64,000 nt of DNA. Origin: Selaginella moellendorffii. Taxonomy: Eukaryota > Plantae > Lycopodiophyta. Below the pieces are notes generated by a model that worked only from the letters and a program-made list of their open reading frames with translations, searched no databases and was not told where the DNA came from. The DNA is taken from NCBI RefSeq assembly GCF_000143415.4, contig NW_003314274.1, positions 2,462,623 to 2,526,622 on the forward strand. The letters are read 5' to 3'. The position numbers and the translations under genes were made by a program. The first letter of the stretch is position 1. Every line of letters starts with the position of its first letter. Positions 50,094-61,665 of the stretch are shown here, piece after piece.

Positions 50094-53000
50094 TTAGCAG
50101 CAGCAGCAGCAGAGGCGATGAAAGAGCGAGCGGATCTGTTCAATCTGCGGTGGAGCGTTTTTGAGCGCTTCCGACACCTTCGCAAACCCTGCATAGAGGT
50201 AGGACGAGGAAGTGGAACCGCCGGCAGATTCTTCCTTGGACGGGATGCGAGGCCCAGCGGCGACACAATTTGGCGGGTAGAGTGCCCATTGCATGGCCCA
50301 TATGGCAAGCGGCCTCATGTAGGTGAGCGCCCGGAAGTGGCCGTCGGTAGTCCAGGCCTCCGGAGTTTGGAACCAGTAGCTGGAAAGGCAGCAAGCAGCA
50401 TGGTGAGAGGGGCGTGATGAGAGAGCCAAGGCGCTTTACCCGTAGCCGCTGTCTGACCAGCCAGCATTGTAGATGCCCTCTGCGGTCGTGAAGGCCTGCT
50501 CCAACATCCCCTCGTGTATCATGGCCGCAGCAGCCGCGTACGTGACACCGCTCCAAATCTCTCGCGACTGCATCGCGGTCTCGTCCACCCTTCCGTTTGG
50601 GTGCATCCCGTTTACAGCACCCAGCTTGCCACCTTTTACCTTCATCACGTTGTAGTCGTAGATCCTCTGCAGGGCACTCCGCGCCTTGTAGTCGTCAAAC
50701 AAGGGGGGCAAGCCCGACGCCCAGGCGTACCACTGGCCAGCCATCTGGTCGGCCTGGATGGAGTTGCTGTTACTGCTGCTGCCGCTGTCGTAGTTGAAGT
50801 AGGAACCGTTCCACAGCTTCTTGTCGTATACTTTTCTGGCATCACGAAACTTTCTGAGGAAGTAGTTCGCCGCGTTGGGCTCGTTCACTTTCTCCGCCAT
50901 GGCCGCTGCTGCTTGCAACGCCGCCAGCCAGAGGCCCCCACAGTAGGCGCTGATTCCATGCACGGTCCACGTATCGTACGTCTGGTCTGGGAAACCATCG
51001 TTTTCTATCATGCCGTCCCTGTCCCGGTCGAATCTGTCCATGTATGCCATTGCAGTGTACACGGCCGGCCATGTCACTCTCGCAAAGTTGAGGTCCTCCG
51101 TCGCCACTACGTCCCTGTATATCTGCAGCACGAACTTGGAGTTGAGGTCCTTCCACCGGCTCGTGTCGTGGATGTTGTACGCGTTCACCTCAACCCAAGG
51201 GTCGTGTATCCCCAGGTCGTGAGGCACTGCCCCTAGCACCTTCTTGATACCCCACTTGCCCCCAGCCAGGAACTTGACGAGCTCAGGGTTGTGAGACAGT
51301 GTCGCGGCCGCATAATCTCGCTGGATGCTCAGCTCAAGCTTGGGAAACAAGCTAATGAGAGCGAAGGACGCATAGAAGTGCACATCGTACGTGCACCACA
51401 TGACGTACTCTACGCTCTCCAGGTAGAGGAACTGCCCAACGTTCTCCTCCCCGTCCTCGAGCAAGTACGTGCCATATGGGAAATCGCGAGGCGCCGAATT
51501 GATCTGCTTGTCCAATATAGCAGCCTCCATCGCTTTCACCAGCTTCTCCGCAATCTCCTCTTCTGTCTCCGACAGAATGGCATCGACGCCACCGTTCCCG
51601 GTAGTTCCTCCGTTCAGGGGGATCATCTCCACAAGCTCTTCCACAGCACCAGTGATACTGCTCTCGCTGTTTGTTCTAGACGTGAAACCGTTTGATCGAA
51701 ATGAGGGTGTGACAAACGCTGTGTCCGGGACTGCCAGCTCCGCGTTCCCTTGCAACGGGGGATTGCCATCTGCAAAATTCACTCAGAGCTCGCCAACCAG
51801 CGCAGAGATGTGATACTCAACCTGTCCACACCGTCCCGCCAGCGACTAAATAGTAAAGCTCGTTGAAGAGCGTGAATCTATACCTGGACCCGCCATCATA
51901 ATACGGTTAGCCACGCTTAAAACACAGCAAAAACCATACCATTCGGGAAGATTAGCGTCCTTGAGCACAGGTTCCTGCCACTTTTCAATTTCGGCCTCCC
52001 ACTTTGGATAGTCTGTTCAAATCAAAGTCAAGGCTCATCTACATGCAAGCAAGCCAGCGTACTCAAGAGTGCATCGTGGACAAGTCTTGGAGCAGCATCT
52101 CCATAAGAGCCATAAAATTGAGTGTAGCGCCTGCAAACATCACAAGACGGTTCACTATCAAGCAGGTATAGCCGCCTACCCCTACCTGTGATATGATCTG
52201 CCCTTTGGGAACTTGACTTCTGGTATATCCCACGACAGAGCGAAGTCAATAACCTTCTTTCCATGCGGTGCAATGGTAACTGAAGCAGACACAGCAGCTC
52301 CAAGTGATGAATTTACGAGAGAAGGAAGAGAAGGCTCACAGACAGTATCCGTATCAAAACATCCTTTCTGAACACCAAATGAGGAAAAGATAAATCAACA
52401 ATTTGCATTCACCTCTCTCATTTGGTTCCACATTTCCTTCGCCGTCATGGTGCTTCCTTTTCCCGAAACCAAGAAGCTCGGACAAACAGAAACAGCGACA
52501 TCGGCGTTTTGCCGGGCCGCAATCGCAAACTCCACACTTGGCTGTCCTTTCGCGGTGCTGTAATCCAACGTTATGATCTCGCGGAAATTTAGCAGAGCAT
52601 CTTACCGATGGTGAAGGACAACACCTGCAACTCCATCGTCCTCGCTGAATAACATCACTTGATCAGACCTGGTAACAAAAGAAACTGACACTCACAGAAA
52701 AGGCTTGTTAGAATGTCCACCGGATAAGTGAGAGTCTCCCCCAACGGAATTCTGAGACGCGTCGTCTAAGTAAGTGTGACTGGGGAAAACTCCAAAGTGG
52801 ACTTACCGCCCAGGTAAATAACAGACTAACACTCGCCGATTCCTTCCCCGTGTTTACTATCTACGACGGGCGTTCAAATCAGAAGCGGACCTTGAGAGGA
52901 CACAAACGTACCACGTAAGAGAAGACACAGACTGGCAAGCTGCTTTCTCGATAATCGTGAGGAATAAACGGTGAGACTTGGCGGCATGAGATCTTCAAAT

Positions 53001-54015
53001 CCGGATCTGGCTCGCCTTCGGATCAACAAACCACAGAAAAGAGATGATTTGATCAGGACTAAGGTCTTACGTACCATCATAAATAGTCCACGCCCGCGGA
53101 AATAAGCCATGATAAGTTGAATTTTGGCCGTCAAGGTTCCAGTCCCACGCACAGATTTCTGGACTTTGAGCCTTTTTCCTGTGTGCACCATGTGTTTCCC
53201 AGCAAGCGAAAGAGAGAACATTTACGCTTACCCGACATCAAGCTCCGAGGGGCGAGGCGAAAGAACAGATGCGATCTTTTTCTTTTCTCCATGGTCCTTG
53301 TCCCGAGTGACGAAAACCTGCCATGCTCGGTCAGTGTGGTGACGACAGTAATCAAAAGAAAAAAAGAAACAGGCAGCACCGACTGAGAATTGATTTGCTA
53401 ATACTGCAGCTTCACTGGTGACAGAAGGCAACAGCTGCCACCGCCTGAATTCGCCACGAAACCCCCTTCCAATGCTTCCACCACTGTTTGAGAGTAGAAA
53501 AAGGAAAAAGAAATAAAAAAGCGCTGCTTGCTGGACCATACCCCATTCCACCAAGTGGCACGCCGTGGCAAGCGGATGGTTTGGTTCCTCGCTTGAACGG
53601 GTCGATGGGAGGTGTCTGTCACGTGTCACAAGACGTGAGAAGGAAGGGTGATGAGCAAGGGGATGCTTACTCTTCCCTGAGAGCGCTCGGCTTGTATGAA
53701 CTTCCACAACCTCAGCCCCAGCCCGAGCTGCCACAATGACAATGACAATGACGAGATGGCCGCCAAGACAAAGAAGAGACTACCAGTTTGAGTGCCTCGG
53801 TGAACGTCACCCGGAACTCGGTCAGAAAATTTGCGTGACAGTTGAGCTTACGCCTCCATGCGTGTGCGGGAGGAGCCCCTGGATCGTTCTCCAGCTGAAA
53901 CAAGAGGAACAAAGGCCGCTAAGGCAAACAAAAGAGGGATGGATCGTACCAGCTGGAGTGTGGACTTGGGCACATAGTCGTAGAGCGGCCAGGAATGCCT
54001 TCGGCCGTGAAACAT
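50094..54015 (-). CDS. GBA2: Non-lysosomal glucosylceramidase (GH116, GBA2-like), multi-exon
   Basis: '[10 protein letters not shown]', '[11 protein letters not shown]', '[24 protein letters not shown]', '[17 protein letters not shown]', '[17 protein letters not shown]', '[18 protein letters not shown]'. Confidence 0.94.
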
Positions 54016-54101
54016 GCTGCGCTTCCTCCTGCTGCGCCTCCGCCTCTGCTAGCATCAGCAGCATTACCTAGCCGGGGATTCACTTGACCTAAATAAAGAG
54101 G

Positions 54102-57100
54102 ATGGAGGAGGAGGCGTGTGATGCCTGGTTCCAAGCGCGGGGACTGGTGGCGCACCAGCTCGACTCGTTCAATCGCTTCTGCGGCGCAGGTGCCCATTCG
54201 CTGGCCCTCCTCTTTGGCTCCCCCGCCCACTTCACCGACATCAAGGGCGAGGTGAGGATGGCAGCCATGCCGCCATGCCGCGACCCCGTGCCCGCGCTCG
54301 CCACCATCCGTATCCGCAACCTAGTCCTCCACAAGCCCGCAGATGCCACCACAGGCCGCCCCCTCTTCCCACGCGAGGCGCGCCTCAGGGGCATCACGTA
54401 CTCGGCGCGCCTCTGCGCGGACGTTGAGCTCCAGGTGGGTATGGTATGGTGACAAGAGTGGCAGGCACAGTCACACACGCTACCTTCCTAGGTTGACGCG
54501 GTCGCAGGAGAGCAGCGCAACCCCGTCGTCAACCGCGTCTTCCCAGCCGTGCACATTGGCGACATACCCATCATGGTCAACTCCCTGCTCTGCAACGGTC
54601 ACGACGCCGATGCCTTCGACTGTGGAGGCTACTTCATCGTCAAGGGTGTCGACAAGGTGAGTCGTATAGCTCCCTGCCACCAACACTAAAACTCTCTGTG
54701 AGAGAGCAACCAGGTAGTGCTTGCTCAGGAGCTGGTGTGGCCACAGGCGCTGCGCGTCCTGTGCCCCAAGACCGGCTCGGATAACTGGAGAGTGGAGCTG
54801 GAGCAAGTCAAGGTGGACCTGGAGCGCGGCGATGGCGTCTTGTTACTGTCCGCGCCAGGGCTGGACACCATTCCGCTGGTGATCGTATTGGCAGCCCTCG
54901 GAGTGTCGACGGACAGGCAGCTGCTGGAGGTGATGGTCCATGACACTCAAGACGTGGAGCTGACGGAGCTGGTGCGGCCGTCCATCGTGCATGCTAGGGA
55001 GCAGATGCAAGAGTTTGTTAACAGCAGCGGTGTCCACGGCGGCGGCAGGGACGTTACAAGCGTGGCTGTGGAGCTTGTGGGGAGCAGGATCAAGCCGGTC
55101 ACACCCTTGGCAGGCCCTGCACAAGAGAAGCTTGTCAGCTTGCTGTGCAACACGAGCAGCAGCAGGCCGGCAGACAAGGCTCTGCTGATGGGCTACATGG
55201 TGCGTTGCCTGTGCCTGTGCGTGGTCGGGAGGAGCACGGCGGACGATATCCACAGCTTGAAGAACAAGAGGGTGGACTTGGCCGGGGACTGCATGTTCAA
55301 GCAGATGAGACACTTGAGCGCTCGCTTCAGAAAGACGACGCTCAAGAGGGTGCTCAAGCATGTGGAGGCTGGGGGACTAGATTGCCTCACGGACAATCTC
55401 ATCGTGGACAAGTCTGTCATCACCAATGGGCTGCGTGCGGCCTTTTCCACGGGGATCTGGTCCCTCAACAGGTATTCCTCTTGCACAAGTGGGGTTGTCG
55501 CCACCCTGCAGCGGGACAATCCCATGCACACCCTCTCTCAGTTGCGGCAGCTACGCTCGGCATCGCGCTTTGTTGCCAACGCTGCTAGACTTCCGTACGT
55601 TGATTGTCTATCTCCTCCGTTAGCTCCGCTCACTGTGGCGCCCCGTGCAGGAACGCGTCCCACTATGGCAGGATATGTCCCGTGGAAACTCCTGACGACC
55701 ACCTCGCTAAGACCATGGCAGTCTTCGCCACCGTGTCTGCTCCCAGGAGCCACGACAATGTCTTGGAGCAGCTCTCCCACTGCCAAATGCAAAGCTCCCA
55801 GGGGCCGTTGGTGGGGTGGGACAATGTGTTTGTGAATGGGGAATGGGTGGGAGCGACGGACAAGCCAGGCACGCTGCTGCAGGCAATGCGGAACCTACGG
55901 CGCAACAAGTTAATCCATCCAGAGGTTGGCGTGCTTGTTTCCCCTGCTTGTCTCTTGTTTCCTGACCAAGCTTGCAGACCGAGCTGGCTCGGGCTCCCAG
56001 CCGGGCGGAGATACGGATTTTCACCGATGGTGGCCGCTTGCTGAGACCCCTCCTGGTGGTTGACAAGCAACGGGTGCTTTTGTCGACACGGGAGCACAGG
56101 CGCGAGCTGCGGGCCAGGCCTGCGCACGAGAGATTCGACTACATGCTCGACACCGGCTTGGTGGAGCTCTTGGGAGCTCAAGAGGAGAGCAATGCCGTGA
56201 TCGCGGTGACACGCAGGGAGGCCGAGAGTAGCAGCAGTTTCACTCACGTGGAGATGCATCCGGCGTCCCTCCTGGGGGTGAGCGCAAGCGCCATACCTTT
56301 CCTCAACCACAACCAGAGCGCCAGGGTCACACACCAAGCGCAGAAGCACGGGAAGCAGGCCATTGGATTCTACATGTGCGACATCTTGTCCAGAATGGAT
56401 ACCAGCGTGAGGCAGCTCTACTACCCGCAGCAGCCCCTGGTGTGCACGCGCCTGGCGCAGCTCCTGGCCAGGCCCGAGCTCGCAAACGGAGTCAACTGCG
56501 TTGTAGCGGTTGCCTGCTACGGTGGATACAACCAGGAGGACTCGCTCATCCTCAACCAGTCGTCGCTCGACAGGGGCCTGTTCCGCTCCACTCACTTCCG
56601 TGTCCACAGGGCCACCCTCGACTATAGCTCCTCGGACATACGCTTTTGTAGGCCGGAGACGGAAGTTGCGCGGAGCAACACTGATGGCATTGACAAGCTG
56701 GACAGTGATGGCCTGCCTTTCATTGGTGCCGAGATGAAGGCGGCAGACGTGGTTATAGGGAAGGCCGGGCGGAGGCCAGCTTCCAAGCTTGTAGACCACA
56801 GCAGCAAGCTCCGGAAGCTGGAGCAGGGGTGGGTGGACCAGGTGGTGTGCAGTGGCGGCGACGAGGAAGGGGAGAGGCACGTCAGAGTTAGGCTTCGAGA
56901 GGCCCGATGTCCGCAAGTCGGGGACAAATTCAGCAGCATGCACGGGCAGAAGGGTGTGGTCGGTATGAAGCTGAGGCAGGAGGAGCTCCTCTTCACCCAG
57001 CAGGGGATCGTGCCGGACGTGGTGATCAACCCGCATGCATTCGCCAGCCGACAGACACTTGCTCAGATGCTCGAGAGCGTGGTGGGGAAGGCGGCCGCGG

Positions 57101-57654
57101 CTTCTTGTGCTCGAGTGCAGGCCACTCCCTTCGCTCACCCACGCGCAGAGGAGATTGCGCAGCACTTGGCCACGTGTGGTTACAACAAGTGGGGTCAAGA
57201 GCGTGTCTATAGCGGGCGCAGTGGCAGGATGATGGAGGCCATGGCCACGGTTGGCCTCACTTTCTACCAGCGTCTGCATCACTTGTCCGAGGACAAGATG
57301 AAGTGGAGGGGTGCCAGTGGACCCGTACACCCGCTTACTCACCAGCCAGTCAAGGACAGGAAGCGGGAGGGGGGAACCAAGTTTGGCGAGATGGAGAGGG
57401 ACTGCCTCATCTCCCATGGTGCCTCTGCCACTGTCAAGGAGAGGCTCTTCTTTGTTAGTGACAGGTCCCTAGTCCCAGTCTGCACAAACTGCCATAGGCT
57501 TGCTATCCTCAACTGCAAGCAGCACCCTCGCTGCCTCTTTTGCAACCCGCAGCAACGCATTGCCACACTAGACATGCCACATGCGTGTAAGCTCTTGAGC
57601 ATGGAGCTCAGATCCATGGGCGTGGACATGAGATTCCGAGTATCACAACACTAA
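54102..57654 (+). CDS. NRPD2: RNA polymerase IV/V second-largest subunit (NRPD2/NRPE2)-like, divergent; exons 54102-54434, 54492-54656, 54714-55594, 55651-55924, 55978-57654 (1109 aa)
   Basis: RPB2-family motifs 'HQLDSFN', 'FPREARLRGITYSA', 'GYNQEDS'; NRPD2-type 'GDKFSSMHGQKG', 'INPHAFASRQT', 'GPVHPLTHQPVKDRKREGGTKFGEMERDCLISHGA'; C-terminal CxxC..CxxC. Confidence 0.85.
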
Positions 57655-57899
57655 TAAAAGTCATGGAAGAATATCTTTTCTTGTCTTGGTCTGATCAGTT
57701 GTGTCAATTCGAACATTTAATTTGACCATTTGGTACGATTGATGACTGTATTGTCTAAACCTTGAAGTGTACATGCCACTAAGGCAAGACTGGAATATTA
57801 CTCCATAATTTTGGGTTGGGCGCTTAAAGTCTTTGCTATGAGACAAAATGCAATGAGGATTTTCAATTCAATTTTAAGAGATTTGGCTAGGAATAGGAA

Positions 57900-58460
57900 G
57901 TTTCACTTAGCGAACTTTTGCGATTTTGGACAACAGTTGGAGACTCTTGCATGTTCAGGTGAGCCTTTTCTTCATGCTCGCTAGGAGATTCATATTGTGG
58001 ATACCATGGCATCATAGGACCTAGGAGTCATCCTCAAAAAATTTGTGAACCACACCATAATTTCAATTGATGGGATCTTATCATTGGTGGATTTTGTGGT
58101 AGTGGATTTCCAGCATGTTGACTCACCCTCCCTCAAGGACTTCATGATTCTGGGATTCTCTTAGCACCTCCACGTAGATGCTGAAATATATTGGAAGAAG
58201 GGGATGATGCAAATCAGTGACAAGATAACCAAAGCAGAGCTATACAATGGACATGGCCTCTGTCTGATGAAGAAGGCTCCTACCCCTTCTCCAACACAAG
58301 TCCCTATTCCTACTCCAACTCCAAAGTGCTCAACTTTACCAACCAAGCTAGCTGCTGTCTTTCATGAACCCCTCAACAACCTTTCCTTACAAGAGATGGA
58401 GGTCTTCAACATTAACATCATTCATGGATTCTTAATATCTAATGGCAAGTGATACAGGTT
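57900..58460 (+). pseudogene. Degenerate retrotransposon aspartic-protease-like remnant
   Basis: 'ISIDGILSLVDFVVVDF..FMILGFS*HLHVDAEIYWKKGMMQI' resembles the retropepsin C-terminal ILG..A.IDW motif, interrupted by a stop. Confidence 0.4.
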
Positions 58461-61159
58461 TTGCTGCAGCAGAAAAGAACAATTGGTTTGGCCTCCTTAC
58501 CCCAACTAGGGAGAGATCAAGAATAAGTTGGGTACCTTAGGTTCACTTTTGAACCTCAGACCGTGCGCAGTTCACTTCCAACACACTTGGGGTTTCTATC
58601 TAGATGATTTTTTATGTGCCTAAGAAGGAACCTGACCAGTCACCCCATTCTGAGCACTACACTGAAGACTTCCCATCACTAGCTCATTATATTCACCATA
58701 GGTGGCCAACCAGTCACCTCTTTTTGGAGCCAGCCAAACCATGCACATGCTTAACAGTGGCATTCATTGCTGCTGATGAGATTTTGACTTCCAAACATTC
58801 TTTGTTTGGACCACGTATGCATTATGGTATTTGCTCTTGTCTACTCACTTTGTCTTTCTTTGGCTTGCCACCACTCCCCACCACCTTACTCATAATCAAA
58901 TACTTAGACTTGGCATTACATGCCCCAAAGGCTCTAGATTTCTTCTACATTCAGTTATGGCTTTCAGCACAGTGTCAAGCTGCCATTTGGGGCATCTTTA
59001 AAGAGAGTGATGGAATATTTGAGGTTCAGAATATTCCATATTGTTGTAAGTGTTCCACACATTTGAGTCTTTAGGTTGTGAGTGGAGCCACAGAGAGGAA
59101 GAGGATGGAGGTGTCACACTTGAACAATCCAAAGGTAACCAAGCTCTAGATGCTTTAATTGACTTTTTGAATTAGGAGCAATTTAATTGTGGCAAAGTTG
59201 TACAATTCTTGAGCATATTTTATTTCGATAAGCCCAACTAATCACTAACCATCTGAACCACTACAAATGAAAAACAAACTTTTTTAATATCCTTATAGAG
59301 AAATGTTGCGATAGGTAACTTTCGATATCTACAATCACATTTGCAACACTCTCCTCCCTGGGGAAAATTGACATCCTTGTCAATGCATACTCTAGTTTAA
59401 ACCATTGCCAAAGAAACAACTTTATAAAAAGTTTATGGTGTTCATACTTTGTGATAAATATATCAACTTAAATGAGTTATAGGTAACCTCTTTAGCTCAT
59501 CCAAATGCACTACCACTCTTTTTGGTTGTTGTCAACAAGAAAATAACAAAGCTAGCCACCCTTGTCACTCTAAGTATCACCCAATATGCAAAAATGATAT
59601 ACCCTTGCCTATAGGTGATATAAAGAGAGAAGTGAGAAGCCCCAGCCCTCATGAGCAAACAAACTAAATTTATCAGTAAGGTTTAGATAAACTATTATAA
59701 GCAAGTAGTTAGATTTATTTACATAGTCATGCTCTTTAAATGGAATAAGGAACATTGAGAAATAGGCAAGTTGTAATGCAAATGGTTTTCACTCTTTACC
59801 CTATGATGATTTACCATAGAATAACCATGAAGCAAAACCAAACCCTTGGACACATGGGTAAATGGCAATATCTCAAATTCCCAATAGACTACATCTAGGT
59901 ACACAAGATCTCATCATATGTAAAGGGGAAGGGGATGGGCATCTTTTGGATTTGTAAGAAGCATTAGAAGAGAATGAAATTTCTCTCCATCATCCTTGAG
60001 GCCAAAAGGAATCCGAAGAGCGTCAGCATCAAGCTTGCAAAACTCTACTAGTTACTGGACAAAGGACAATAGGTGGATTTGGTTGAGCAGATCCATGATA
60101 AATTTCTGAATCTCATATAAGGAGTTCAGAAAATCTTAAGTAGTGTCAAGACAGGAAAAGCTATGGCTTTTCTCTACCTTGCTCCATTATACAAACTGAT
60201 CTTTCCACCAATAGCTTAACCAATATCAATGCTTCCTTCCAAAGTAGCATAGCCAAACTACAATGATGGTACTAACATTAGCAAGGATGAGGATCCCATA
60301 GTGCTCGAGCTTACCACTAGCAAGGAAGAAACACCAACTCCATCGAAGAGGCCAAGCATGCCACATTCAAAGCAGGCTCAAGTGATCACCAAAAATCCTA
60401 GAGCTGGATAGGGCATGCTGCTAGACAAGTCTTATGAGCAACCAGTACGATCTACACCAACAAAAACCAAGGAGAATGAGGAAAACTAAGCAATGAAGGA
60501 CAAGGGAGTGGTATGAAAATTTTTTCCTCTAAAGTTCATTAGATGAGGACCACAATGAAGCAGTCTATGATGATGCAAGCAGCTCCTTCTATCACAATTT
60601 TGACTTGGTGCCACAACTGAGGATATGACACTCTTGAAAATTCTTAAATCAGGGATCATTCAAGTGAAAGGTAAAGAAGATCCACCACCTAACCAATCAT
60701 AGCATGACAAACATCAAGAAAGCCACCCTCCAGCAAGTAAACCTCCTCACTTGTAAGGCCCAACACTTAGCAGCAGGAGCTTCAGCCCAAGCTTCCACAT
60801 TCTCTTTACCAATAGCAGTCAAGCATAGGAGGTTGATGAAGAGGTAAATGTTTTATTTTGTATATTTTCCTAGGCAGAGCAAAAAAAAGAAGATTAGGTG
60901 AAATGGAGTTATGCTTAAGCTTATGCATCCAAAGAAGAAAGACTTAATCTAAGTAACATACTATGAGACACAAATCCCTAAGCCCCAAAGTGGAGCTAAA
61001 AGGGTGCCACGTGGTAGTGGCCGAAGTGAGAGCCAAACGAGCGTAACACGTTTGGACTAAAAGCTTCGACTTGAAAGGTTCAAAGCGGGAGTGGAACTCC
61101 CAATGGAGTGCTCAAGGAACGAGCATGAAGCGAGCCATACGAGAGTCTCTAGAAAAGGG

Positions 61160-61665
61160 ACCCGAGAGGGAGTCCAAGATGGAGTCCGAGATGGACCCGA
61201 GATGGAGTCCAAGATAAAGTCCGAGATGGAGTCCGTGATGGACCAAGATGGAGTCCGAGATGGACCCGAGATGGAGTCCAAGATAAAGTCCGAGATGGAG
61301 TCCGTGATGGACCAAGATGGAGTCCGAGATGCACCCGAGATGGAGTCCAAGATAAAGTCCGAGATGGAGTCCGTGATGGACCAAGATGGAGTCCGAGATG
61401 CACCCGAGATGGAGTCCGAGATGGAGTCCATGATGGACTAAGATGGAGTCTGATATGGACCCGAGATGGAGTCCGAGATGGACCCGAGATGGAGTCCGAG
61501 ATGGACCGAGATGGAGTCCAAGATGGACCCGAGATGGAATCCGAGATGGAGTCCGAGAAGGACCCGAGATGGAGTCTGAAGTCGAGACCGAGAGCAAGAC
61601 TGGGACCAAGACCGAGACCAAGACCAAGACCGAGACCAAGACTGAGGCCGAGGCTGAGACCGAGC
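61160..61665. repeat. Higher-order tandem repeat (69-bp unit of 10-12-bp GAGATGGAGTCC variants) grading into 6-bp (g/a)agacc repeats
   Basis: gatggagtccaagataaag recurs at 61201, 61270 and 61339 (period 69); monomer array to ~61580; accgag/accaag hexamers ~61585-61663. Confidence 0.92.

Noticed and set aside
1-54015. SPG11, VPS29 and GBA2 (endolysosomal / spastic-paraplegia homologues) in one window
   Set aside because: They are far apart among unrelated housekeeping genes; most likely coincidence.
55663-57417. 584-aa antisense ORF opposite the NRPD2-like gene (and similar antisense ORFs at 39258-40349 and 17974-18978)
   Set aside because: Shadow frames of GC-rich coding exons, with no motifs.
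58604-59074. 156-aa ORF in the TE block
   Set aside because: No recognisable domain, and it sits in degenerate AT-rich sequence.
61160-61580. CRISPR-like array
   Set aside because: No unique spacers, the units are contiguous variants, and the context is eukaryotic.
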